A stretch of 32,000 nucleotides of DNA from Alkanindiges illinoisensis DSM 15370 (GCF_000619845.1 NZ_KK211037.1:322979-354978); one strand, 5' to 3'. Shown: positions 8,703 through 17,290, numbered from the stretch's first letter. Notes: a model not told the origin generated them from the letters alone. Numbers and translations are program-made.

Positions 8703-9407
8703 TCAGGCAAATGGATAGGGGTCGCCCGCATGAACCTTGTCAATAATTTCACGTTCCTTGGCAGTAAAGGTATTTACAAATTCCTGTGCTGATGACAGTG
8801 GTTTCATGGCCTCAAAGCCTTCTTCCACAAAGTCATACATGGGGCCAACCTTGTATTTATAGGCCAGTCCTTTTGCCATCTTAAAAGCAGCCTTGACCAT
8901 GCGCGAGCGTACATATTTATCCAGACTAATGCCCAGCTCATCCAGCAGTGCCATCTGGCGCAAGCGGGGTTCACGCTGATCCAGCTTAAGGTAGGCGCGG
9001 CGCATGATGTCATCATTGAGTGGCATGGTGGGCGCGTAAGTGTTGAGCAGTTCAACCGCAAGCTCCTGATCCAGCCGGATTGCCAGTACAGCAAGTTCTA
9101 CTCCGGAAAAACCTGTACGGATGGCGGAGTCGGGAATAATTTTTTCAACCATGCCAGCATTATTGATCAACCGGGCAATCTGTCCAGCCAGTACATCAAA
9201 ATCAGGGCCACCATACAGGCGGTTTAAAAAATACTGGGTCATTAAGTGATGTTCTGGCACTGCAAAAAAATCATGGTGAGTTTTTTTCATGCGTTCTTTT
9301 TGCCAGCTTTGTACATCGTTCAAACGCTTGGCCAGTATTGGGTCCTGATGAAAATCCATTGCATGAAAAACTTCGAGTTGCTGTTGCAGTGCATCAAACT
9401 TTGACAT
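8703..9407 (-). CDS. Hypothetical helical protein, paralog A of a tandem pair
   Basis: 234-aa ORF with good coding appearance. It shares clear collinear motifs with the adjacent ORF: VQSWQKERMKKTH vs VQHWQKQRMQRMH, FLNRLYG vs LLDRLYN, LDQELAVELL vs LDEQVAQHLL, YDFVEEGFEAM vs YDYLAEAFAAI, and the C-terminal G(D/H)P(Y/M)PF. Confidence 0.7.
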   Translation of the reverse strand: MSKFDALQQQLEVFHAMDFHQDPILAKRLNDVQSWQKERMKKTHHDFFAVPEHHLMTQYFLNRLYGGPDFDVLAGQIARLINNAGMVEKIIPDSAIRTGFSGVELAVLAIRLDQELAVELLNTYAPTMPLNDDIMRRAYLKLDQREPRLRQMALLDELGISLDKYVRSRMVKAAFKMAKGLAYKYKVGPMYDFVEEGFEAMKPLSSAQEFVNTFTAKEREIIDKVHAGDPYPFA

Positions 9408-9495
9408 AAAAAATCATGACATTAAAATAACATGGTGACGAAGCATAACCGATTTTTCTAAGCACGGAATCATCCGGACGTGCCAAAATTGTGCA

Positions 9496-10218
9496 TCAAG
9501 CCTGTGCAAGCTGACAATTTTGGCCAAAAGGCATGGGGTGTCCCTGATAAATACGCTGCAATACCTGCTTTTCATCAGCGATAAACTGCTCAAAAAAAAT
9601 GTTACTGCGATCAGTACTGCGAATAGCTGCAAATGCCTCGGCCAGATAATCATATAAAAAGTTAAATTCACGCCGATAAGCCGTGCGCCGCGCCAGCCGG
9701 AAAGCGCTTTGAGTCAAAAAACTTCGACCATACTGATGAAAAGCCTGACTTATTTTTCTAAGTAGTATCAGCTGCTTAATGCGATCATTATATTGTTGCA
9801 GTGTTAGCATGGCCTGATGGATGCTGTCATCATCAATGATGGTAATGCCTTGATCGAGCAAATGCTGAGCAACCTGTTCATCCAGCTTTAATGTCAGGTA
9901 GGCCAGCCTGAAGGCAGAAATAGCAGCGCTAAGTACACCTTCAGGCAAAAAGCGATCCAGCTTGATTTTTTCTTTTAGCGCCTTGTCCAGTTGCTTTGCT
10001 AACTCATTCAAGTCATGCATATTATAGAGGCGATCTAATAAAAAACTGGCAAGACGCTGATATTGAAGCTGACTAAATAAAGGCTGATGCATGCGTTGCA
10101 TACGCTGCTTTTGCCAATGCTGAACTGCTGTTAAATAATGGGAAACATCGCGGTTACGATGAAGCTGGAGGCGTTTATAATATCTGAGCTGCTTGGATAA
10201 AGTGACAATAGCTGACAT
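9496..10218 (-). CDS. Hypothetical helical protein, paralog B of a tandem pair
   Basis: 240-aa ORF, paralogous to 8703-9407 (motifs listed there). It is divergent from the PPK2 gene across a 75-bp spacer. Confidence 0.7.
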   Translation of the reverse strand: MSAIVTLSKQLRYYKRLQLHRNRDVSHYLTAVQHWQKQRMQRMHQPLFSQLQYQRLASFLLDRLYNMHDLNELAKQLDKALKEKIKLDRFLPEGVLSAAISAFRLAYLTLKLDEQVAQHLLDQGITIIDDDSIHQAMLTLQQYNDRIKQLILLRKISQAFHQYGRSFLTQSAFRLARRTAYRREFNFLYDYLAEAFAAIRSTDRSNIFFEQFIADEKQVLQRIYQGHPMPFGQNCQLAQA

Positions 10219-10293
10219 AAAACCAGTGAAGAAAACGACATAATGCCAGCATACTCAACTTTTAGAATTTTAATGTAAAAAAAGGATAAAGCC

Positions 10294-11970
10294 ATGTCAG
10301 AAAAAATGCCCATGTCGCCCGCTGGTCAAAAACAGGCTCTTCAGAGGCGGACTGTACGCAAGCCAGCAATTCATAAGCCAACAGTGGATCATTCCAAAGC
10401 GCAAGAAAAATTAGACCAGCCACAATCAGCCAGCAGTATAAAACCGGCTGTACCTGCACTTACCCACATTGAGCCGGATGCATTAAATCTGGCCTTGTTA
10501 AAAGCCCAGTTGCAGTTGCGCGCCAGTAGTCAAAATGTTAAGCAGCCTCAGCCTGGCAAAAGCCTGCTGATTCTGGTGGGCGGTATTGAACTGGCTGGCA
10601 AGGGGGAAGCCGTCATCCAGTTACGGGAATGGATGGACCCGCGTTATCTAAAGGTCAAGGCCAGCTTGTCCAAACCCTTGGCCAGCAACCAGCCGTTCTG
10701 GCAGGATTATGTGGATGCCATTCCAGCATGCGGGCAAATTGCCGTGCTGTTTGGCAATTGGTATGGTGACCTGCTGTACAGTGGCCTGCATGAAAGCCAG
10801 TTTAATACGCGTCAGTTTCAGCAGGCAGTGCTGCAAATGCGCGAGTTTGAGCAGGATCTGGCCGCTAATGGCGTGACTGTAATCAAGTGCTGGTTTGATA
10901 TTTCATGGAATTGCCTGCAACAGCGCCTGAACAAGCTGGATGCCAGTGCCCGGCAATGGCAGCAACTGCATGGGCTGGACTGGCGCGACCAGCAGCAGTA
11001 CCGCAGAATTCAGCGCTTGCGCAAACAGTTTACCGACGACTGGTTTATCATCAATGGTGAAAACAGCCAGCAGCGTGATTTGGAATTCGGCCATCTGGTG
11101 CTAGATGCATCAAACACCGCGTTACCGGTACCGCAGATTGCAAATTGCTGGCAACAGGCCAGTATTCCAGCCATGTTGTTAAAACCTGCGCAACAAAAGC
11201 TGGAAAAGCAGCAATATAACGTGGAGCTGGCACAGCTTCAGCAACAGGTGGCGCAATTGCTACGCCAGTATATGCTGTATTCATCCGTAGTCATTGTGTT
11301 TGAAGGGATGGATGCTGCTGGCAAGGGCGGCGCAATCAAGCGCGTGGTCGCGCCACTGGACCCGCGCGAGTATGAGATTCATAGTATTGCTGCGCCGGAT
11401 TCTTTCGAAAAACGCCATCCGTACTTATGGCGCTTCTGGACACGCCTGCCCAGACCGGGCGGCATGACTATTTTTGATCGCTCATGGTATGGTCGCGTGC
11501 TGGTTGAACGGGTAGAAAGTTTTGCCAGTAACGCTGAGTGGCAGCGCGCTTATGATGAGATCAACCACTTTGAACAACAACTTAGTGACAGCGGAATACT
11601 GGTGATCAAATTCTGGCTGGGCATTAGTGAAAAGGAACAGCTCAAGCGCTTTCAGGCCCGCGAGGTTAATCCGCACAAGCAATATAAAATTACTGATGAG
11701 GATTGGCGCAATCGCAAAAAATGGCAGCAATATCTGGAGGCCGCAGCGGATATGCTCCAGCGTACCGATAGTTCTCAGGCGCCATGGGCCGTTATTGCCA
11801 CCAATGATAAAAAAACCGCACGCATTGCTGTGCTAAGCCACATGGTCAATCAGCTTGAAGAAAGGTTAAAAACAATGACCAAATCACTCCGGAAGCCAAA
11901 ACCAGCCACCCAGCAGCCTGATCCGGCAAACGCTAACCAGACTCCGGTAGCTCATCAGTTGGAAGAATGA
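10294..11970 (+). CDS. pap: Two-domain polyphosphate kinase 2 family protein (polyphosphate:AMP phosphotransferase type)
   Basis: 558 aa with two tandem PPK2 domains. The N-terminal domain has a variant P-loop (LVGGIELAGKGEAV). The C-terminal domain has a canonical one (VFEGMDAAGKGGAIKRV, FDRSWYGRVLVERV). This is the architecture of the PAP enzyme characterised in Acinetobacter johnsonii. AAGGA Shine-Dalgarno 7 nt before the ATG. There is a ~80-aa low-complexity N-terminal extension. Confidence 0.88.
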   Translation: MSEKMPMSPAGQKQALQRRTVRKPAIHKPTVDHSKAQEKLDQPQSASSIKPAVPALTHIEPDALNLALLKAQLQLRASSQNVKQPQPGKSLLILVGGIELAGKGEAVIQLREWMDPRYLKVKASLSKPLASNQPFWQDYVDAIPACGQIAVLFGNWYGDLLYSGLHESQFNTRQFQQAVLQMREFEQDLAANGVTVIKCWFDISWNCLQQRLNKLDASARQWQQLHGLDWRDQQQYRRIQRLRKQFTDDWFIINGENSQQRDLEFGHLVLDASNTALPVPQIANCWQQASIPAMLLKPAQQKLEKQQYNVELAQLQQQVAQLLRQYMLYSSVVIVFEGMDAAGKGGAIKRVVAPLDPREYEIHSIAAPDSFEKRHPYLWRFWTRLPRPGGMTIFDRSWYGRVLVERVESFASNAEWQRAYDEINHFEQQLSDSGILVIKFWLGISEKEQLKRFQAREVNPHKQYKITDEDWRNRKKWQQYLEAAADMLQRTDSSQAPWAVIATNDKKTARIAVLSHMVNQLEERLKTMTKSLRKPKPATQQPDPANANQTPVAHQLEE

Positions 11971-13598
11971 AGTATTTCCCAGCTTAAGCCAAAACGAGCC
12001 AGATACTTTTTAACCCGGTCGCTGTCGTTGGTGGTGCTGCGTTGTTCGCGTGATACGGCAAACAGCTGGCGTCCGGCTTCGGCCATGGTTTTGCTATTTT
12101 GACAAACCTGAATCACGCCAAGTAGTTGAATCTTATCAAACTCATCAATTTGCATGAGTTGTTCGTTGCTTAAAAGTTGTGCTAAAAGGGCAGCATCTGT
12201 GGATAACTTCTGGTTTTTCCACAGTGCATTTTCCCCAAGTGCAGGGTCTGTTGCATCAGTTTTCCACAATTGCTTAAGGCGCTCAATTTCCTGCGTAACA
12301 TCAGGCAGGTTAATGCGGGAGCCATTGGCCAGCGTTGCCATACGGGTCACACTGGCGGTTAAATCCCGGAAATTGCCTTGCCAGGTGGCTTGTTCCGATT
12401 TTGCAAATTTGAGATACACATCCAATGCGTCGCGGTTAAACCGTAACTGGCGCTGGTGCAGGTTGGCAAAGCGTTGCAGTTCAAACTGCACATTGGGTGC
12501 AATATCCTCGCTGCGGTCTTTTAGCGCAGGCAAAAAGAATGTCCAGGTATTCAGGCGTGCCCATAAATCCTCACGAAAACGTCCCGCTTTAACTTCCTGA
12601 CGCAAATCACAATTGGTGCCTGCAATTAACTGGAAATCGGCCTGAATTTCCTTGTCACTACCAACTGGAAAAAAGATTTTATCTTCCAGTGCCTTGAGCA
12701 GCATGGCTTGTTCATCGGCACCCAGTTCGCCAATTTCATCCAGAAATAAAATGCCGCCATCGGCACTTTTGAGTAATCCCTGCCGTGCGCTGGCTGCCCC
12801 GGTAAACGCGCCTTTAACATGACCAAACAACGCCGACATGGCACTATCACCGCGCAGGGTGGCACAATTGACATCAACAAAGCGGCCATTTAAATGAAAT
12901 TTCTCTTTTTTTAGTTGGTAAATCTGCTTGGCCAGATGCGATTTGCCAGCGCCCGTGGCGCCCATAATTAAAATCGGCGCACTGGAGCGGGTGGCAACCA
13001 GTTCTACCTGTTCAATCAGCTGGTTAAAGGCGGCATTGTGTGTGGCAATATTGGCTTTAAGCTGCTGCCAGTTGGCATTTTGCTCATTTTCAAAGCGCTG
13101 GTTTAAGGCATCATATTTGGATAAATCCAGATCAATAATCCGGTACTGGCCCTGTGCGGTTTTATTTTCATTGGGCGAGCTTTGGATGAGCTTGGCAGGT
13201 AAATAACCGGCTTCAATCAGCAAATACCAGCAAATTTGCGCCACATGCGTGCCTGTGGTGATATGCAGCAAATACTCATATTTTTCAGTGTCAAACTGAT
13301 AGTTTTTGACAAAGTCATACAGGGCGCCGTAAACATCGGCAAAATCCCATGGATCACGCACACTCACCTTGGCGCCAGTCACCTGTGTTTGCGGTGAAAG
13401 CTGTGCCATATCCTCGCTTAAAAAATTCACCAGATTGCGGTGCTGGCGATCATGCAACAGTACCAGCTCATCAATGACCAGATCATCATGCATGAGCAAA
13501 CTCATGGTTGGCCGCCAGCGCTGCCAGCGATCATCCTTTTTGCCCTGATCCAGCGTTGCGCCGACAAAGCCAATCACCACGGTTTTTTTGTGCGTCAT
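11955..13598 (-). CDS. rtcR: Sigma54-dependent transcriptional activator RtcR (CARF sensor domain + AAA+ + HTH)
   Basis: 547 aa. The N-terminus (KKTVVIGFVGATLDQGKK..RWQRWRPT..., HITTGTHVAQICWYLLIEAGYLPAKLIQSSP) matches the RtcR CARF-type domain. The central region is a sigma54-interaction AAA+ domain (GATGAGKS Walker A, GAFTGA loop, LFLDEIGEL Walker B). The 3' end overlaps the convergent pap gene by 16 bp. Confidence 0.92.
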   Translation of the reverse strand: MTHKKTVVIGFVGATLDQGKKDDRWQRWRPTMSLLMHDDLVIDELVLLHDRQHRNLVNFLSEDMAQLSPQTQVTGAKVSVRDPWDFADVYGALYDFVKNYQFDTEKYEYLLHITTGTHVAQICWYLLIEAGYLPAKLIQSSPNENKTAQGQYRIIDLDLSKYDALNQRFENEQNANWQQLKANIATHNAAFNQLIEQVELVATRSSAPILIMGATGAGKSHLAKQIYQLKKEKFHLNGRFVDVNCATLRGDSAMSALFGHVKGAFTGAASARQGLLKSADGGILFLDEIGELGADEQAMLLKALEDKIFFPVGSDKEIQADFQLIAGTNCDLRQEVKAGRFREDLWARLNTWTFFLPALKDRSEDIAPNVQFELQRFANLHQRQLRFNRDALDVYLKFAKSEQATWQGNFRDLTASVTRMATLANGSRINLPDVTQEIERLKQLWKTDATDPALGENALWKNQKLSTDAALLAQLLSNEQLMQIDEFDKIQLLGVIQVCQNSKTMAEAGRQLFAVSREQRSTTNDSDRVKKYLARFGLSWEILHSSN

Positions 13599-13787
13599 TC
13601 CAGTTGGCTAATATTGAGGTGTTGGCTGAATTCTAGCGATAAAACCAGCCAATAAACATGCGCAGCCCGCTTTTTATTCAAGCTTAATAAGTACACGTAC
13701 AAGCATTGCCCCACACCAGTGATAAACCCGCTAAAATGTCCCCAGTTTTTGCACTATTCTGCGATGTCTATTTTGGGATGTATGGCC

Positions 13788-14780
13788 ATGACCGATATGC
13801 TCACGTTTACCTTTTTGGGAACCTCTTCCGGAGTGCCCACCAAAACCCGTAATGTGTCTGGCCTGGCGCTGCAAACCAGTTTGAGCAAAAAATGGCTACT
13901 GATTGATGCCGGGGAAGCCACCCAGCACCGCTTGCAGCATACTGGCCTGTCACCGCATGACATGGCTGTAGTCTGTATTACCCATGCGCATGGCGACCAT
14001 TGCTATGGCTTGCCGGGCTTATTGGCCAGCGCCAGCATGGGCAAGCGCACCGAACCCTTAATTCTGATTGCACCGCAAAACGTACTGGACTGGTTTAACG
14101 CCACCGTTAAGCTCACCGACCTGCATTTGTCTTATGAAGTGATTTTGCGTGACAGCAGTAGTGTGCTGGCACAACCAGTTGAATTGATGCATGGGATTTG
14201 GGTACAGGCTTATGCGCTGGTACATCGGGTGGAATGCTATGCCTATGCCTTTACCGTGCAGCACAGTCGGCGCAAGTTAAATACCACAGCACTGCAACAA
14301 CTAGGCCTACCTGCTGGACGTGACTGGAAAGCTTTGCAGCATGGGCAGGATGTAGAATTTAACGGGCAAATTCTGCATAGCCACGATTTTGTGCAAAACC
14401 AAACTATGCAGGTTAAAGCAGTGATTGCCGGGGATAATGCGCAACCCGATGTGCTAACGCAGGCCTGCCAGAATGCTGATGTGCTGGTGCATGAAGCCAC
14501 CTATTTGCAGGCGGTGCTAGATAAGGTGGGGCCGGGGCCAATGCACAGCTCGGCCAAGCTGGTGGCGGAATTTGCCGGATTGGTAAGCTTGCCCAATCTG
14601 GTGCTCACGCATTTTAGTCCGCGGCATCATGGTGATGCAGGACAGGCCGCGATTGAACAGGAGGTGAAAACTTATTATCAGGGCACAGTATTTTTAGCTG
14701 ATGATTTGAAGCGCTATCGCCTGAGTGAGACAGGGATGTTGCAGGAAGTTGCCGAATCAGCAGAACAGAAAAAAGCGTAA
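13788..14780 (+). CDS. rnz: Ribonuclease Z / RNase BN (metallo-beta-lactamase fold tRNA 3' endonuclease)
   Basis: It is collinear with E. coli RNase BN/ElaC as I recall it: FLGTSSGVPTKTRNVSGLAL, LIDAGEATQHRL, the HxHxDH motif (ITHAHGDHCYGLPGLLAS), VHEAT and LTHFSPR. The start is uncertain: the track start at 13719 is GTG, and in-frame ATGs lie at 13782, 13788 and 13797. Confidence 0.85.
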   Translation: MTDMLTFTFLGTSSGVPTKTRNVSGLALQTSLSKKWLLIDAGEATQHRLQHTGLSPHDMAVVCITHAHGDHCYGLPGLLASASMGKRTEPLILIAPQNVLDWFNATVKLTDLHLSYEVILRDSSSVLAQPVELMHGIWVQAYALVHRVECYAYAFTVQHSRRKLNTTALQQLGLPAGRDWKALQHGQDVEFNGQILHSHDFVQNQTMQVKAVIAGDNAQPDVLTQACQNADVLVHEATYLQAVLDKVGPGPMHSSAKLVAEFAGLVSLPNLVLTHFSPRHHGDAGQAAIEQEVKTYYQGTVFLADDLKRYRLSETGMLQEVAESAEQKKA

Positions 14781-14794
14781 CCCAATACCAAGCG

Positions 14795-15115
14795 TTAAAG
14801 ATCCGGCGAAAAATCAATATCCAGATGCTTTAACAGTTTGCCCAGCAGTCGAAAAGGCCAGCTAATGATCTGAAATAAAAATTCAATGGGTAGGTCAATG
14901 AGGTCTAGCCAGTCGTGATTGCTCTTCGTATTACTGTTGCGTCGCCCCGCGCGCTGTCGTTGTGAAGTAGCAGGCTTAATCCAGTAAGCCAATATAATGC
15001 AAACTGCAAAGGCCAGTAGAAAAATCCAGTTCCAGTCATCACTAAAAAACCGGATGACACAAAATATGCCTGTAATGAATAAAATTATTGCCACTAGATA
15101 GCGGATAAAAACCAT
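14795..15115 (-). CDS. Small hypothetical membrane protein (two predicted N-terminal TM helices, basic loop)
   Basis: 106-aa ORF reading MVFIRYLVAIILFITGIFCVIRFF...IFLLAFAVCIILAYWI followed by a basic stretch RQRAGRRNSNTK. I recognise no family. It is convergent with rnz across a 14-bp gap. Confidence 0.5.
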   Translation of the reverse strand: MVFIRYLVAIILFITGIFCVIRFFSDDWNWIFLLAFAVCIILAYWIKPATSQRQRAGRRNSNTKSNHDWLDLIDLPIEFLFQIISWPFRLLGKLLKHLDIDFSPDL

Positions 15116-15345
15116 AGAAATAATCTCAAATTTATAGGAATCATTGAATTTTTCTTGTGCTTTAACTTAGCAGCTTTTAGTAGCAAAACCAGTAAAATAA
15201 ATTATAGATTAAAAAATATAATAATAGATTTTATTCTATAAATTTAAAAAATTTGAATTTACCTATTTTTAAATAGAAAATAATTTATGGCTTAATTCAA
15301 TGATTTTAAATATTTTTATTTTTAATTTAAAAGAAAACTTAAAGC

Positions 15346-15361
15346 TGGCACAGGCTGTGCA
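15346..15361 (+). promoter_or_regulatory. Sigma54 (-24/-12) promoter for rtcB
   Basis: TGGCAC-aggct-GTGCA has a perfect -24 TGGCAC element and the correct GG-N10-GC spacing. It lies 87 nt upstream of the rtcB ATG and is preceded by about 230 bp of very AT-rich DNA. This fits the established RtcR/sigma54 control of rtcBA in E. coli. Confidence 0.75.
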
Positions 15362-15447
15362 ATATATACATGAGCAAATGATAGCAGTATAGAAAATCCC
15401 TGCTAAGCCATGAATAACCAGTATTTATTTTAAAATAGGGTAAGACC

Positions 15448-16746
15448 ATGAACACAGCCATTGAGCAATCCATTAATAATTCAGCCCAGTCTTCCGTAGA
15501 GTTGTCAGCGCAACCGCACGCTGCTTCCCGTGCCTATAACGTAATTCAAACTGAAAAAACCGTTCCGGTAAAAATGTGGACGCAGGGTGTGAACGTGGAT
15601 GAAAAGTCCAAGGATCAATTGCTGAAAACTGCACAAATGCCGTTTATTTATAAATGGATGGCGGTGATGCCGGATGTGCATGTGGGGATTGGTGCCACCA
15701 TTGGTAGTGTGATTCCAACCAAGGGCGCCATTATTCCAGCAGCGGTGGGCGTGGATATTGGTTGCGGAATGATGGCAGTGAAAACCAGCCTGACTGCGTC
15801 CGATTTGCCAGATAACCTGCATGCGCTACGGACAGAACTGGAGCGTTTGATCCCGCACGGGATGAGTCCAAAAAATCGCGGCCGTGACCGGGGATCATGG
15901 GAAAATGCACCAGACCGGATGGATCAGGTTTGGGCTGAGCTGGCGGCGGATTTTGAGCTGATTTGTGCCAAGCATCCGCGCCTGAAAAATACTAACAACC
16001 GCAAGCATCTGGGAACGCTGGGAACCGGCAACCACTTTGTGGAAGTGTGCCTGGATGAATATCAGGGCGTGTGGATTATGCTGCACTCCGGTTCGCGCGG
16101 TGTGGGAAATGCCATTGGGACGCATTTTATTGAGCTGGCGCGTAAAGACATGCAAAAGCATTTTATTAACCTGCCCGATAAAGACCTTGCGTATCTGGTT
16201 GAAGGCACCGAGCATTTTGATGATTACTGGTTTGCGGTGGGCTGGACGCAGCGTTTTGCCCTGAAAAACCGTGAACTAATGATGGAATCTGCCATTAAAG
16301 CACTGGCCACCATTATTCCAAAACCGTTTAATGCCAAGGTGGAAGCAGTGAATTGTCACCATAATTATGTGGACCGCGAAACTCACTATGGTGAAGAAGT
16401 GCTGGTGACCCGTAAGGGCGCGGTGCGTGCGCGATTGGGTGAATACGGGATTATTCCGGGTTCGATGGGTGCCAAGTCATTTATTGTGCGTGGTCTTGGT
16501 AATCAGGAATCGTTTTGTTCCTGCTCGCATGGCGCTGGCCGACTGATGAGCCGTACCGAAGCCAAAAAACGCTTTACCGTGCAGGATCAAGTTGCGCAAA
16601 CTGAAGGCGTGGAGTGCCGGAAGGACACAGCGGTGATTGATGAAATTCCATCGGCCTATAAACCAATTGAAGATGTGATGAAGGCACAAAGGGATCTGGT
16701 AGAGGTGGTCTATACCTTGCGGCAGGTGGTGTGTGTGAAGGGATGA
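15448..16746 (+). CDS. rtcB: RNA 3'-phosphate ligase RtcB
   Basis: 432 aa carrying RtcB metal-binding and active-site signatures: MPDVHVGIGATIGSV, DIGCGM, GTLGTGNHFVE, HSGSRGVGN, NCHHNY, SCSHGAGR. Confidence 0.95.
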   Translation: MNTAIEQSINNSAQSSVELSAQPHAASRAYNVIQTEKTVPVKMWTQGVNVDEKSKDQLLKTAQMPFIYKWMAVMPDVHVGIGATIGSVIPTKGAIIPAAVGVDIGCGMMAVKTSLTASDLPDNLHALRTELERLIPHGMSPKNRGRDRGSWENAPDRMDQVWAELAADFELICAKHPRLKNTNNRKHLGTLGTGNHFVEVCLDEYQGVWIMLHSGSRGVGNAIGTHFIELARKDMQKHFINLPDKDLAYLVEGTEHFDDYWFAVGWTQRFALKNRELMMESAIKALATIIPKPFNAKVEAVNCHHNYVDRETHYGEEVLVTRKGAVRARLGEYGIIPGSMGAKSFIVRGLGNQESFCSCSHGAGRLMSRTEAKKRFTVQDQVAQTEGVECRKDTAVIDEIPSAYKPIEDVMKAQRDLVEVVYTLRQVVCVKG

Positions 16747-16749
16747 TGG

Positions 16750-16916
16750 TTCGACAAGCTCACCAACCGTGGTTCGACACTTCCTCTAAGGCTGTCGAAA
16801 GTTGGTTTCTGAGTTTGCCAAAGGACACTAACTATCCAAGGATGCTAGCCGGTTCCCTGAGCTTGCCGAAGGGCAGTGCCCGGTTTGTGTTGATCCGGTG
16901 CCTGAGCTTGTCGAAG
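16750..16916. repeat. Array of a ~15-nt motif (TTCGACAAGCTCAGC and its complement CTGAGCTTGTCGAAG) starting 4 nt after the rtcB stop
   Basis: A forward copy sits at 16750-16762. A ttcgaca/tgtcgaa hairpin pair lies at about 16773-16798. Complement-orientation copies are at 16809-16823 (degenerate), 16857-16871 and 16902-16916, spaced 48 and 45 bp apart. Their translation produces the spurious SLSLPKG / LSLSKAE peptide seen in track ORF 16731-16925. Confidence 0.8.
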
Positions 16917-17270
16917 GCCGAATAACACACTATTGTTTAACTTACTAATAAAAATGCCGAATGCAATCCATGAACGCTTATATGTACATACTGAGATGTG
17001 CTGATGATAGTTATTATGTAGGCAGTACCACAAATCTGGAAGCTCGCCTTTATCAGCATCAAATGGGTGAAGGGTCAAATCATACCAAGAAGCATTTACC
17101 AGTAACCTTGGTGTACTGTGAGGAATTTGAGCGGATTGATGGAGCGTTTGCACGAGAGAAGCAGGTGCAAAAGTGGCGACGGCAAAAGAAGGAAGCACTT
17201 ATCAATCATGAGTTTGAGAAGTTGCCAGAGCTTTCAATGTCAAGGTCGTCTAGGGCTTCGACAAGCTCAG
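16902..17270. mobile_element. Putative GIY-YIG cassette bounded by a perfect 15-bp inverted repeat
   Basis: CTGAGCTTGTCGAAG (16902-16916) and CTTCGACAAGCTCAG (17256-17270) are exact reverse complements. They bracket the conserved part of the GIY-YIG ORF. More copies of the same motif lie outside both ends. Mobility itself is an inference. Confidence 0.5.
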
Positions 17271-17290
17271 CCACCGAGTACGGGGTGTAG
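16961..17290 (+). CDS. GIY-YIG nuclease family protein (small stand-alone UPF0213/YhbQ-like type)
   Basis: The sequence YMYILRCADDSYYVGSTTNLEARLYQHQ...VYCEEFERIDGAFAREKQVQKWRRQKKEALI carries the GIY-YIG core (YIL..YVG, R, E, KxW.R.KK). The likely true start is ATG 16970 (MNAYMYIL). The last ~17 codons (..SRASTSSATEYGV) are read out of the flanking repeat motif. Confidence 0.8.
   Translation: MQSMNAYMYILRCADDSYYVGSTTNLEARLYQHQMGEGSNHTKKHLPVTLVYCEEFERIDGAFAREKQVQKWRRQKKEALINHEFEKLPELSMSRSSRASTSSATEYGV

Noticed and set aside
13623-13637. Sigma54-like motif TGGCTG-aattc-TAGC upstream of rnz
   Set aside because: The GG-N10-GC spacing is correct, but both the -24 and -12 hexamers deviate from consensus (TGGCAC/TTGCW). 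By chance alone such a match is plausible. I mention it under the rnz finding but do not call it a feature.
16748-16800. GGTTCGA strings (16748 and 16771) resembling a tRNA T-loop; possibility of a tRNA or Y-RNA-like gene next to rtcB
   Set aside because: I could not build flanking T-stem complementarity, an acceptor stem or an anticodon arm. The strings are part of the TTCGACAAGCTC repeat motif. There is also no Ro60/Rsr gene in the window.
16809-16916. Three motif copies at 45-48-bp spacing that superficially resemble a mini CRISPR array
   Set aside because: The repeats are only ~15 nt, and one is degenerate. The same motif occurs in inverted orientation nearby, and there are no cas genes. 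I call it a dispersed or clustered repeat, not a CRISPR.
16731-17198. Track ORFs 16731-16925 (+) and 16845-17198 (-)
   Set aside because: The first is a read-through of the repeat array and gives peptides such as VRQAHQP, SLSLPKG and LSLSKAE. The second is antisense to the GIY-YIG gene. Neither has independent support.
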